From the NCBI GenBank assembly GCA_964016885.1, contig CAXHJY010000262.1, positions 76,621-140,620 of the forward strand: a stretch of 64,000 nucleotides of DNA. Reading direction: 5' to 3'. This document shows, piece by piece, positions 1 through 12,139 of this stretch; position 1 is the stretch's first letter, and every line of letters starts with the position of its first letter. The position numbers and the translations under genes were made by a program. The notes beneath the pieces were generated by a model that was given only the letters and a program-made list of their open reading frames with translations, did no database searches and was not told the DNA's origin. This DNA comes from Eledone cirrhosa (taxonomy: Eukaryota).

Positions 1-54
1 GCGTTACTCTATTGGTGATGTGATCGTCACAACAAGGGAGGCGACTCTTGCTAC

Positions 55-640
55 AGATGTCTGTGGTGTTGTTGCTGACTTTGTAGCTACACTGACTCTC
101 TGGGAGGTGTTGTTGTTGACTCTGTAGCTACACTGACTCCCTGGGAGGTGTTATTGTGAAGTCTGGGGTGTTGTTGTTGACTTTGTAGCTAGACTGACTC
201 CCTGGGAGGTGTTATTGTAATGTCTGTGGTGTTGTTGACTTGTAGCTACACTGACTCCCTGGGAGGTGTTATTGTGAAGTCTGGGGTGTTGTTGTTGACT
301 TTGTAACTAGACTGACTCCCTGGGAGGTGTTATTGTAATGTCTGTGTTGTTGTTGACTTGTAACTACACTGACTCTCTGGGAGGTGTTATTGTGAAGTCT
401 GAGCTGTTGTTGTTGACTCTGTAACTGCACTGACTCTCTGGGAGGGGTTATTGTGATGTCTGTGGTGTTGTTGTTGACTTTGTAGCTACACTGATTCTCA
501 CGGAGGGGTTATTGTGATGTCTGTGGTGTTGTTGTTGACGTTGCAGCTAGACTGACTCTCTAGGAGGTGTTATTGTGATGTCTATGGTGTTGTTGTCGAC
601 TCTGTAGCTACAATGTCTTTCTGGGATGTGTTATTCTGAA
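55..640. repeat. Minisatellite, ~57-61 bp unit (gtctgtggtgttgttgttgactttgtagctacactgactccctgggaggtgttattgtga), ~10 copies
   Basis: Tandem units visible directly, with small indels. Confidence 0.9.
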
Positions 641-1130
641 ATGGTAGATACCAGATTGTTCAACAGCATCTTCGCAGGCATTGTCCTCATGACAGAGAGC
701 AGTAATTTGAGCAGTCTGACTTTTTCTCTGTGTTCTTGTACAGGGTGACGATGACAGCATCAAAAAGATCTTATGTTAGATTGCCCTGCTCCCTGCAACA
801 TACAAAGAGCTTGTAGAGTTTTGCATGTTGTGTGGGCCCCTAATCTTCCACATCTTTCCACAATAGAGAGCAGAATAATCCCTGATAATTTCAGCAATCT
901 AACTTTGCCCCTTTGTTCTTGTACAGGGTGATGATGATTGCACTACAGAGATCTTGTGGAGTTTCACATGTAATGCTGGGCTCCCATGTTTCAACATCTG
1001 ATGTAGAATTCCTTCAGCATTGCCACTCCTTAGCAGCTCTATAGCTTTGGTAGTCTCTTCAATGGTGGACAAGTCATCCATGTTTGTGTGTTCATGGCTT
1101 GATTGAAAATCAGTGCAGCGAAAACTGAGA
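640..1130 (-). mobile_element. Degenerate RTE-clade LINE RT fragment with internal duplication
   Basis: ORF 899-1081 DDLSTIEETTKAIELLRSG..KHGSPALHVKLH resembles the RTE RT N-terminal region; segment 'gttcttgtacagggtga' occurs twice (~733 and ~915). Confidence 0.7.
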
Positions 1131-1164
1131 CACTCATCCCCTCAAGGAAGCCTGCACCATGCAA

Positions 1165-1360
1165 TCTACATGTGAATGGAGTTCCACTGAAGCAAGTGGA
1201 GAAGTTCAAGTATTTCAGGGCCATGCCCACAAGTGATTGCTGAAAGAATATGATCACAAATACAAGTGGCTGAAATGGGGTCCTTAGAATAATGTTCTTA
1301 AATAGAGTACATAGCTCATAGAGTCACTGAAGTTAGACCCCCTCTTTTTCCGAATTGAGA
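1165..1360 (+). mobile_element. Degenerate LINE RT C-terminal fragment (RTE/Rex3-like)
   Basis: Plus-frame HVNGVPLKQVEKFKYF and QIQVAEMG motifs. Confidence 0.5.
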
Positions 1361-1361
1361 G

Positions 1362-1755
1362 TAATAAGGTTTTTGTCCAGTAGGTGTTCTTTTGTATAGA
1401 GTTAAATTACTGTTAGAAGCAAAATATTTCCCACATATTTCACAGTGACAGGATTTTACTCCTGTGTGACTACTTAAGTGTCTAATAAATTTAGTTTTTC
1501 AGTGAAAGATTCCCCACATATTTCACAGTGACAGGGTTTATCTTTAATATGTATGTGTGTAAATAATTCATCTTCTGATGAGAAAGTTTTCCTACAAATC
1601 TCACAGCTATATTCAGGAATATTTCTGTGAAATGATCCTTGTTCAGTACATGTTTCACTAGGTAGAAGTTTCTCACCACTGTATGTCTGTGTAACTGTAT
1701 CTATATTGGTAGAAACAGCTGTGTTAGAAATGTCCAACTGTTTAACGTCCCCCAT
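1362..1755 (-). pseudogene. Truncated C2H2 zinc-finger pseudogene, paralogue of the 3682-4929 gene
   Basis: N-terminus MGDVKQLDISNTAVSTN nearly matches MEDVKHLDISTTPVSTN; premature stop after ~2 damaged fingers, then one more degenerate finger. Confidence 0.85.
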
Positions 1756-1927
1756 AGTAATTCTTGAAGTATATTTAAAAGTTGAGAATTGATATTACAG
1801 TGAAGAAAATGTTTGTGTGTATGTGTTCTATTGAAACACTACTGTGTTGTTCTGGGCCTATCTCAGTAGAATTTCAAATGGTAGATGGACATATTCTACA
1901 TTTACTTTAATATAGATTTAAACAAAG

Positions 1928-2145
1928 ATGGTAGAATGGCAGCATTGGTAGAGCGTCACATAAAATATTATTGCAGTATTTGTTCTGGTTCTTAACATTC
2001 TCAGTTCAAATCCTGCCAAGGTCAAATAATTATTTCAACATTCTAGAGTTGATAAAATATATTACCAGTCATGTATTGGGGTTGATTTAATCAACTTTGC
2101 TCCTCTCCTAAATCTGCTGGTCTTGAGCCTAATTTACAAATCAAT
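1928..2145 (+). mobile_element. Decayed tRNA-derived SINE (family 1)
   Basis: A/B-box-like tggcag..gttcaaatcc; body alignable to the copies at 10480, 11740, 43388 and 59338. Confidence 0.7.
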
Positions 2146-2803
2146 AGAGATTTAACTAGTTTTAGCAAATAATATTTGTTGCTTCATATTTCTTGAAACA
2201 TTTCTTATAATTTACTGTGACAATCAGTAAACTATACCATCACTACCCCCAATGATACAAACCTGGACAGTGTGAGAGAATTCTCTCTGGCATGGAGAAC
2301 ACTAGGTACCAGCTACCTTGTGGTCCCAGGAGAGGACAGAATGGTGATAGGGAGTTACCCTAGGGGACAGCAAGTGAGATGTGTTGAAATCGCTTTTAAA
2401 ACTTGTGGGGGTCTCTCCTGTGTGTGGACAACTCCACCCTAATAACAGTTAGTAGGGAGGTGGTATAGGGACCAAGTCTGACAATTGTCTCCACCACTAT
2501 AGTTTAACAAGACTCTCCTGTGTGTGGCCAACTCCACCCTGATAGCAGTTAGTAGGGAGGTGGTATAGGGACCAAGAATGCCAGAAATCTCCATTACAAG
2601 TTCAACAACAAACAACTAATACTTCAACAGTTTGTGATCTTTTGTGACTAAGTTTTAATTTTTCTTGTTACTTTAGGGAAACAATGATACCACCAAAGTT
2701 AGTGGCTCCGTAACCAGGATATTGTCAAATTTCTAAATTTCAGTTGTAAAATATATGAAGAGTGATAGAATTTCAATCATTTTAAACAATATTGAAGTGT
2801 TTG

Positions 2804-3012
2804 TGTTAGATATATTGAAACTACTTACAAGATGATATCATTACATGTGGTGTTAATAACAGAGATTTAGATGGGTGTTAGATATATTGAAACTACTTAC
2901 AAGATGATATCATTACATGTGGTGTTAATAACAGAGATTTAGATGGGTGTGAGATGTATTAAAACAAGATGATATCATTTCATATGGTGTTAATAACAGA
3001 GATTTAGATGGT
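2804..3012. repeat. ~69-bp tandem repeat, ~3 copies
   Basis: gatgatatcattacatgtggtgttaataacagagatttagatgg repeated three times. Confidence 0.85.
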
Positions 3013-3681
3013 AAAATAACAAAAAGTTGAAGTTACATACTTGATAAATTCCTTAAATATAATTCTTTTATTAACAACAAATAGAATGAAATTTAGGACA
3101 TAAAATTAATTATGAAAAATTAATAAATTGTTTACAAAACAATGAAATCAATAAAAAAAAGAGTCAGAAAGAAAAACAAAAAACAGGTAAAACTACTCCT
3201 TCAATTACTATAACAGAGAATGTTGGTGTTACCCTCTAAAATTTCCAAGACAATTACAGCATTACCTCAGGTGATAGAGGGCCCTTCAATTACACACTAC
3301 AGCAGGGAATGTTGAAAATTTAACATAGCAGAGAAGTCATTACCTCAGGTGATAGAGGGTGCCTTAATTACACACACTATAGCAGGGAATGTTGGTGTTG
3401 ACAAACCAATGCTGAAACTTCTGGCATAGATTTAAAATTAATTCTAAAAGTCAAGAATAGATCAAAGAAAGCTTTTAATTTCAAATGAAAATATATTTGT
3501 AAAAATGGCCAGCAATGTTTGGAGTCCATCAAACTGCCAAATAATCACATTTGATATTGGTGGAAAATAAGTTTAGATTTGTAAGAGGTAGGATGTCTCA
3601 TGTTTCACAGTTAAAAACTTTCATTCCTCTGTGTGTTTGTGTCTAAGTAACTGTTAAAGAAAAAAACATTTCCCACATATT

Positions 3682-4929
3682 TCACTGTGTAAAAGGTTTT
3701 TCACTAGTGTGTGTTATTTTGTGTTTATTATATTCACTGTTACTAATGAAAGATTTCCTACATATTTCACAGTGATAGGGTCTCTCTCCAGTATGTGTTC
3801 TTTTATGTGTAGTTAAGACATTATTCCTGCCAAAAGATTTCCCACATGTTTCACAGTGATAGGGTCTCTCTCCTGTGTGTGTTATTTTATGTACAGTTAA
3901 AGAACTGCTTGTTACAAAAGATTTCCCACATATTTCACAGTGATAGGGTTTCTCTCCAGTGTGTGTTCTTTTATGTGTAGTTAAAGAACTGCTTGTTACA
4001 AAATATTTCCCACATATTTCACATTGATAGGGTTTCTCTCCATTGTGTTTTCTTTTATGTATAGTTAAATCACTGCTTTGCACAAACACTTTCCCACATA
4101 TTTCACAGTGATAGGGTCTCTCTCCAGTGTGTGTTCTTTTGTGTACAGTTAAAGAACTCCTTGTTAGAAAAGATTTCCCACATATTTCACAGTGATAGGG
4201 TTTCTCTCCAGTATGTGTTCTTTTGTGTACAGTTAATGAAAGACTTGTTATAAAAGATTTCCCACATATTTCACAGTGATAAGGTTTCTCTCCAGTGTGT
4301 GTTCTTTTGTGTGTAGTTAAGACATTACTCCTGCCAAAAGATTTTCCACATATTTCACAATAGAAGTGTTTCTCTCCAGTGTGTGTTCTTCTGTGAACTA
4401 TAAGAACAGCACTATCAGCAAAATATTTCCCACATATTTCACAGTGAACAGGTTTCTCTCCTGTGTGAATACGTATATGTCTAACAAGATTAGCTTTCTC
4501 AGCGAACGATTTCCCACATATTTCACAGTGAAATGGTTTTTCCCCACTGTGACTACGTATATGCCTAATTAAAGTGGCATTTTGGCTGAAAGATATCCCA
4601 CATATTTCACAATGAAAAGGTTTTTCTCCTGTGTGACTTTTTATGTGTTCACGAAGATGAGAAGTTTTAGTGAAAGATTTCCCACATATTTCACAATGAT
4701 AGGGTTTGTCTTTAATATGTATGTGTTTGTGTGTAGATAATTCATCTTCTGATGAGAAAGTTTTCCTACAAATCTCACAGTTATATTCAGGAATATTTCT
4801 GTATAATGATCCTTGTTCAGTACATGTTTCACTAGGGAAAGGTTTCTCACCACTGTATGTCTGTGTAATTGTATATATATTGGTAGAAACAGGCGTGGTA
4901 GAAATGTCCAAGTGTTTAACGTCCTCCAT
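3682..4929 (-). CDS. Tandem C2H2 zinc-finger protein, 13 fingers, ~415 aa
   Basis: CEICGKSF..HxRxHTGEKPY repeats; likely ATG at 4929 (MEDVK, matches the pseudogene start); the listed ORF extends to a non-ATG codon at 5139. Confidence 0.92.
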   Translation of the reverse strand: MEDVKHLDISTTPVSTNIYTITQTYSGEKPFPSETCTEQGSLYRNIPEYNCEICRKTFSSEDELSTHKHIHIKDKPYHCEICGKSFTKTSHLREHIKSHTGEKPFHCEICGISFSQNATLIRHIRSHSGEKPFHCEICGKSFAEKANLVRHIRIHTGEKPVHCEICGKYFADSAVLIVHRRTHTGEKHFYCEICGKSFGRSNVLTTHKRTHTGEKPYHCEICGKSFITSLSLTVHKRTHTGEKPYHCEICGKSFLTRSSLTVHKRTHTGERPYHCEICGKVFVQSSDLTIHKRKHNGEKPYQCEICGKYFVTSSSLTTHKRTHTGEKPYHCEICGKSFVTSSSLTVHKITHTGERPYHCETCGKSFGRNNVLTTHKRTHTGERPYHCEICRKSFISNSEYNKHKITHTSEKPFTQ

Positions 4930-5359
4930 AGTAATTCTTGAAGAATTCTTCGAAGTTCTGAGGATATGTGACTGTGTAAGACTGATGTCGGTATAAGAAA
5001 CTGTAAGAGAGAGTGTGTGTGTTTGTGTCTTAATAAATGATGATTGTTCACCACGGAGTGTAGAAAAGTACACAATATCTGCTGTGTTAACAATATAAAT
5101 AATACGTACTTTATATTTCAAGTCCAAGTGTAAAGTCAAGAAAGACCAGGAAAGCTAATTGTTCAGATGTTGGTGATTTAAACCTATTTCTCACTGTGCT
5201 GTAAAATGTGGAACAACCAATTCACGATGTAGCGTAGTTTCTCATGAAATGAAATATTTAATCATGTAGGTGATGGAACACCTACCCTGGAACATGTAGC
5301 TCACTCTATGTTATCTACAAAATATTAACTTTCACCTTAACATGAGATAATTACTATAT

Positions 5360-5467
5360 AAAATATAATTAGATTAATTAAAGATAGCAGGTTCGTAGTG
5401 TCGTTGACAATGTTCCCTTTCCGGTTTTGACCGGTGTCATACGTTAAAAGTCCCTAATATAATTTAA
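5360..5467 (-). promoter_or_regulatory. Conserved upstream block of ZNF genes (candidate core promoter or first exon)
   Basis: aattagattaattaaag...gcagg...gtcatacgttaaaagtccct.atataatttaa shared with 44041-44155 and 55935-56050. Confidence 0.45.
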
Positions 5468-5674
5468 AATATAAATATATTGCCTGTACGTTGATAAACA
5501 CACACCCTCTCTTGTGTGTTATCGTTTCTATATATATATTGTGCCCTTGTGGCTAATAAAGAAATTTATATATATTATATATATACATATATATATTTAT
5601 ATTCCTGGTGGTCACAGATCTGTCCAGTTCGTTTGTCTCCCAGCATATCAGGAGAAAATTATACATTTTCTATG

Positions 5675-5748
5675 TATTTTCTCTAAGGAGAACATGTTTT
5701 GCTTTATGTTATAAGACTTTGCATCTTCGAAATATATATAATGAAATA
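5675..5748 (+). ncRNA. Degenerate type I hammerhead ribozyme (G5 to A)
   Basis: ctaagga / gaacatg..catcttc / gaaa tatatata / atgaaata; same 3' part as the intact motif at 29723. Confidence 0.5.
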
Positions 5749-5971
5749 AATAGAGATGATATAAAATATATATCTTCCGTTTATTACTAATATATATACA
5801 CACACACACACATATGCCATTATAGTTTATTGTCACGACAGGAAAACCTTTAATTATAAGTTTACTTGATGATACTAACCTGGAACTTAATTTAAGCCAG
5901 TCTGTGTTGTCTCCCTTAGCACTAATCACTGAATTAATATCCAGTAACGTCTGGTTTTCTTCTATGTTTAG

Positions 5972-6185
5972 TTAACCCTTTATCATTAACGTTACTCTAT
6001 ATTTACTATTATATTTTCGCAGTAAACATAATTATCTCACAAAATATTGAATCTATGAGATTTTGAAATTATTTATTTTGGGAACAATACCTTAACATCA
6101 GCATGAGCGGCCTGTTGAGGCCAGTTAGAACAGAAAATGTAAGAGAATTCTGGCCAGATACGGACGGTTTAAATAAAGGATTTAA
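5972..6185. mobile_element. piggyBac-like MITE
   Basis: TTAA-CCCTTT start and degenerate AAAGG..TTAA end; homologous copies at 36662-36877 and ~51745-51898. Confidence 0.6.
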
Positions 6186-6257
6186 TAAATAACAGCTTTA
6201 TTGAAACACTACTGTGTTGTTCTGAGATGATTTCGGTAGAATTTCAAACGATAGAAG

Positions 6258-9200
6258 TGTGGTTAGAAAAAGCTATCTCACTTACCACTTTTCATAGACG
6301 CCGCTAAATCCCATTGCTGGTTTCTCCTCTTACACGTGCGTCCAACTCATTAACACCGGGAGCTGCCAAAACTCGCGTCCACGCCGTTCCTGGTCACCAC
6401 TAGGGAGAGCACTCCCCCGCTTCCGGCCACCGCACGCCACACCATACCCACACGCCCCCCTGATCTCAAGGATCAATTTCCCCCTCGTCCTTCTGCATAT
6501 GAAAGTCTGCTGTCCAGGTTGGTGGTTTGCGACCTCTTTGCGATCTCCGCAGTGTTGGGGCGGCACTTTGGGTTTCCTCTTCCTCGGAGTCCGTTGACAC
6601 AGTGATTCTACAGACATCCAGGACATGACGTGGTACTCCGTCCACGGACACATTGTTCTGGGAATTTACGGCCGTCACCATTCCCCTTCCCCATTGAGAT
6701 GTGCAATGTGCATCTGGGGGCTTAACCCAGACTTCTTCGCCCACCTGCACGAATGCACTCTCTCTCCCAACTGGCCGTTGTGGTGGCGTGCACGGGTTCC
6801 GCCGCTCGTATCTGAATACTGCTCTGTGTGGCACCGATTCCTTGACCTGTCCCACCCAATGGGACATGTTGTACCAGAACACTGCCTCCATTGGTGAGAT
6901 ATGGCCCCGCTCCGCCATTGCCTTGATCGTCCGGTGATGTCGCTCCACAATTTCATTCCCGCTCGGCCGGCCTGTGCGCTGCTCTGAAGAAACGGTCCAC
7001 CTTCCATCCCTCGAGCATCTCCCTCAGCACCTCCAAGCGGAACGCTGCGCTGTTGTCCATCAGCAGTTCGTCCACAGGGCCCCGCTCCAAGAACACCTCT
7101 CTCAACGTCCGCATGATTTCCTCGGCCATTCCAGTCTTCATCTCCCTCCATATCGCCATCCGTCCTGGTCCACAGTCAACCATCGAGAGGTATTTTTCCT
7201 GTCGGTAGTGCGTTACATCCACCGCCAGTCGCGATCCACCGGGAGGCTTCCCGTTTCATGCACACCCGGGGCGGGATCAATGGACTGACATCGGACGCAG
7301 CCTCTAACCACTCTTTGAACACTGTGTCTGTTAACGTCCAAGTCGATTCTCCTGGCTAGGAACAGGCTCCTATCCACTCCCATGTGGTGCATGACATGCA
7401 ACCCTTTCAGATCCGACTCGGTCAGCCGACACACGGCAGCTATCTCATCTTCTACCTCCTCCAGCGCTTCCATCCAGGCTTTCTTCACCCTAGTTAAGAC
7501 GTCCGCCCTATTTTTCTCTGAATGCACGAAAACTACGCTCAGCCTCAGGTCGAACTCGGTGGCCAGCTCTTCTAAAGTTCCCAGGCGGCGCTTTATCAGC
7601 ATCTCCGCCGCCCCTCTCGTTCGCACTCTCTTCTCACTGGTGAGCACTGATCTCACCCATCCGAGTACAGTAGCCGAGTCGGTGCATATCTTGATGGTGC
7701 GCAGTCCCCACCTCAGGGCGAGGTTCACCCCTCTCAACACTGTGTCCAGTTCGGCCTCATTGATGTGGTTGCAGTCGTCCTTCTTCCTAAGCCAGGCTGC
7801 ATCCTCGACCTCAACACCTCCTATCTCCAACGTGACACACAACGCTATGCTGCTGGCATCGCACCATACGGTCCCACTCTGCGATTTGGGAACATACCAG
7901 CGTCCCCGCACTGGGTCGTCGGCCTTCACCCTCCCGACGATCTCCTGCATCATGGCCACCGTCCTCTCTCCCACTCTGTCAATCCAAGTCACCCCTCTCG
8001 CTCGTCTCTTGACATAGCTGCATGCCGTCCGGAGCCACCCAGCAATCGGGTATTGACCCACCAACTTTCCACACACCGAGAAAAGCTCCCGCCTACTCAT
8101 ACTTGGACCCAGTTCTGGAACTTCATTTCCCCTCTGGAATACCAAGACGCCCGTCCTGTCTTGCCGTAGCCCAGCGCGGCTCCTCCCTCCAACGCTTCTG
8201 ATGGCTTCGCAGCCAGTCCATACCCCTGTAAATGGCTCGTGACCTCCGCCGCCGACACCACAGACTCGTCCACTAGGATATCATCAATGTAGGAGTTAGT
8301 GGCCCTCTTCATCTTGTCGGCCTTTCCCAGAATGGTCTTGAGGACCGCCGCCATGATCTTCGGTGCGGAGCTCAGCCCGAAACCGAACCTGGTCAGGCAA
8401 TATGTCCGGCCCTTATACCTGACCAGCTGATACTGCCAGAGCTTCTCATCTATATGCAATTGCAAGTATGCTGACTTTAGATCTACGATTGCTGAACCTC
8501 CCGTCATGCGTCTCCACTCACGCAGGGTTTCCCCACATAAATCCGTGACCTCGCCACCCGTGTGGCATGACACGTGCTCGTTCTGCTTCCGAAAGTCCAG
8601 CACCGGCCTCACCTTGTTCTTCATGGGTTGCGCCACCGCCATTAACGACAATACTCCGCACTTCACCTCCTCTTTCCAGGGAAGCAGTATGCCCTCCTCA
8701 ATCCATCTCTCTACCTCTCGCTCGAACTCGCTTCTAATGTTTCCTTTCAATGTGTGTTGATAGCAGCCCACTTTGGTCTTCAGTGTTGGTGGTTCTCCCT
8801 TCCAGTACTACTCAACAACCCATCGCTGCCCATCGAACACGGCCTTGAAGTCTTTGTCCTGTACAGTGTAAGCGGGGTATTTCTCTTCGTGGGCCTTCTG
8901 GTTCTCCTGTCGCGTACTCACAGCGCATACCGATGCAGCTCCGCCAAACGACACACCGACATTGTTCACTGTGACGCCTGCTAGACGGCCAATTGCGTCC
9001 ATGCCCATAACCACGCCGATCCCATCCACCACGTTGTCAGCTACGATGGCAGAAAGCCTTATTTTCCTTCCCCGTACCGCTATCTCCACCTCGCTGCGAC
9101 TTCGGCATTCAATTTTCCTGCCGTCGACTGCCCTTACGCTGCTCTTCCCTCTCCACCTCTGCGCCACCCCCGCGGTCACCAGTGTCGTCGTACAGCCCGT

Positions 9201-10430
9201 GTCCACGAGGGCTCGCTGTGGCTTTCCCCTCACGAAGACTTCCACCACGGGCAGCGCCTCTACGCGTAAGGGGCAACTACCGGCGCAGTAGTTCCTCTTG
9301 GATCGTTTCCCTGGTCGCAGTTAGTAGCGATGTGGCCTGGTCGCTTGCACCGATAGCATATTATTTCCGGCCTTGACTCTCTACAGTCTCTAGCAATGTG
9401 CAGGCCCTGGCACCTAAAACAACGACCTCTAAACGTTCGCGGGCGACCGCGTGCCATGGTTGCCTCCCTTTCACCATTTCGCTGCCAGCTGTCTTGAGCC
9501 TCTGTAGTTGCTATTGCCGCGACACTCTTCTTGGCATCTTCTGCTATGATCCGGGCTTGTTCCACCAGTGAACGCATTTCCATTTATTTGTAACCCGGGA
9601 CTTGCTGCAGTTTCACTGCTATGTCGTCTGGAAATCCATTTATGAACGCCAACCGCACCGTGCGTTCGCATTCCACCTGATATCCAGCCAACATGGCCAA
9701 TCGCTGTATTTCCACTGTGAAAATGTCCAGGCGTTCACCGTTCCATCAAATTCTTGCCAGCTTAGCAAAAGCGGCTAACGGTCCCTCTGCGAACGCTTCC
9801 ATCATGCGCCTCTCAATCTTTTGCGCATCTCTTTGGCTGTGTTCATCCAACTCAAGGAAGAGTACCAACGCGTCCCCCTCACGGTACAGTGCCATGAGGC
9901 CAGCCACATCTTCTATCTTCTGTAAGCTTGCGACCAGCCGGACTTTTCGCAACCAAGCGACATCATCACCTTCACCGATAAATGCCCTAATCGCTTCACT
10001 CGTTCGTAGTCTCGTCGCCATATCCTAATTTGTCTTGCGGTACGTGATAAAAAAAAAACACAACAGACTCCTCTCTGTTTTTCCAGTAGCTTTGTTTTCG
10101 AGAAAGTTTTTTTTTTTTTTTTTTTTCAATCAGATCTCAGTTTCCAGTGCCGAAATAGCTTGTGGTTAGAAAAAGCTATCTCACTTACCGCTTTTCATAG
10201 GCGCCGCTAAATCCCATTGCTGGTTTCTCCTCTTCCACGTGAGTTCAACTCATTAACACCGGGAGCTGCCAAAACTCACATCCACTCCATTCCTGGTCAC
10301 CACTAGGGAGAGGCCGATCTGCTGGCCCTTCCGGTCGAGCACCCTTCCGGCCAAGCACCCTTCCAGTCAAGCACTCTTCCGGTCGAGCACTCCCCAGCTT
10401 TCGGCCACCACACGCCACACCATACCCACA
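6258..10430 (-). mobile_element. Full-length decayed LTR retrotransposon (gag-PR-RT-RNaseH-IN order; Gypsy/BEL-like)
   Basis: LTRs 6258-6452 and 10161-10430 (TG...CA); TSD AGAAG at 6253-6257 and 10431-10435; PPT ~6453-6470; two CCHC knuckles, protease LVDTG, RT YIDD, RNase H CDAS..AEL..TDS, integrase HHCC plus DDE; several frameshifts and stops. Confidence 0.95.
6466..10021 (-). pseudogene. Frameshifted gag-pol of the LTR element
   Basis: ORF pieces 9746-10021 and 9260-9583 (gag), 8808-9248 (protease), 8097-8771 (RT), 7213-8145 (RNase H and IN zinc finger), 6953-7222 and 6466-6948 (IN core and C-terminus). Confidence 0.9.
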
Positions 10431-10479
10431 AGAAGGACAAATATATTCTACATTGACTTTAATATAGATTTAAACAAAG

Positions 10480-10975
10480 ATGGTAGAATGACAGAATTGG
10501 TAGAGTGTCAGATAACCTACCATTGCAGTATTTGTTCTGGTTTTTAATATTCTGAGTTCAAATCCCACTGAGGTAAATTTTATATTTCATTCTTCTAGGC
10601 TAGATAAAATATATTATATGTACTACGGTTGATTTAATAAACTTTGCCCTTCCCCCAAAATTGCTGGTCTTGAGCCTAATTTACAAATCAATAGAGATTT
10701 AACAAGTTTGTTGCTTCATATCTTCTCAAAATACTTTTATTTAGTGTGACTAGTGCAGTAAATTGGCAATAATCGGTAGAGTGCCAGACAACAAGCTTTG
10801 CAGCATATAGTTATGTCCTGTTACGTTCTGAGTTCAAATCTTGTGGAGGGTAGCTTTCCCTTTCATCCATACGGGGTTGATAAAATAAAGTACCAGTAAT
10901 GCACTGAGGTTGATTTAATCAACTTACTCCACCCCCAATATTATTGCGCCTGTGCCTACATCAAATACCATTATT
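10480..10975 (+). mobile_element. Two adjacent decayed SINE family 1 copies (~10480-10690 and ~10780-10975)
   Basis: ttctgagttcaaatc B-box; tttcatcc..ggggttgataaaataaagtaccag core. Confidence 0.7.
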
Positions 10976-11739
10976 TACTATGTCTAACAACACTCAGTAA
11001 CCTATACTATCACTACCCCAATGATACCAGCCAAGACAGTGTCTCAAAGTTCTCTCTGGTCTGCAGAAACCCAGGTACCAGTTGCCTCATGCTTCTGGCT
11101 AAGGACAGAATGGAGAAAGGGTTAACCTGGAAGATAGTGAGGGAGATGTGTTGAAGTAGCCATTAAAACCTCTGGGGGCCTCACAAGTTTTAAAAACAAC
11201 AAAGTCCAATAGAATTTTAAACATTTCAAATACCAATGAAGTGTTTGTGTTTGATTTGTTCTAATTACTTTCAAGCTATCATTACATATGGTGTTCATAA
11301 CAGATATTTAGATGGGAATTAACAAAAGTATGGAATCACAGACTGGACAAATTCCTCAAATGTAACTCTTTACTTATCAAAAATAGATTGAATTTCAGGA
11401 GATAAATATAGTTTATTTAATATGTTATGAAAATCTAATAAATGATTTACGCTAAAAAGACATATACACTCCTTCAATTAAATGTGTAAGGAATTGAACT
11501 AGGAACAGTAATTTGTAAATTTCTATTATTCCACAGGTCCCTCTAGTATATATTCCAGAAAGCACAATAAACTGTAGAAATGTTGAACTGAAGAACTGTT
11601 GAACTGGAGAAATGTCGAACTGTTGAGCTCGAGAACTGGAGAAATGTTGAACTGTTGAACTGAAGAAATGTTGAACTGTAGAACTAAAGTGAGGATGTAA
11701 CAACAACACTGAATGTAATTCCATGGCAACAGAAATAAT

Positions 11740-11923
11740 TGTTTCTACGTTAGGCACAAGGCCAGCAATTACCCAGTGTATTACTGGTACTTTATTTTAT
11801 CGACCCCGTAAGGATGAAAGGCAAAGTTAACCTCAGCGGGATTTGAACTCAGAATGACAAGGGCCGTAACTCTATGCGTCAAAGCATGGCGTCCGACCCT
11901 CTACCGATACTGCCAATCCACTG
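11740..11923 (-). mobile_element. SINE family 1 with 18-bp TSD
   Basis: TSD catggcaacagaaataat at 11722-11739 and 11924-11941; tRNA-like head and gcctttcatccttacggggtcgataaaat core. Confidence 0.9.
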
Positions 11924-12139
11924 CATGGCAACAGAAATAATAGTGTACTCCTGGAGCTGTAAGGCTGTACTTCAAACCTGTTGGATAAAATTGTGTACCC
12001 CAGTTTAGCTGAAGTATAATAGACAAAAATATGAGCACACTTGAAACACATAATTGTGATATGATTGGCTGTCATTAAATAATTGAACAATAACGCGGCA
12101 CTTGTTAAATGACATACAATATGAGTTCAATATGTGATA

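Noticed and set aside
4930-5139. 70-aa N-terminal extension of the first ZNF ORF
   Set aside because: Non-ATG start, crosses a probable splice acceptor (~5001), and the pseudogene paralogue starts at the equivalent of 4929
7382-8017. Long antisense ORFs over the LTR pol and the RTE RT regions (e.g. 14345-14977)
   Set aside because: Shadow frames of the coding strand with no recognisable motifs
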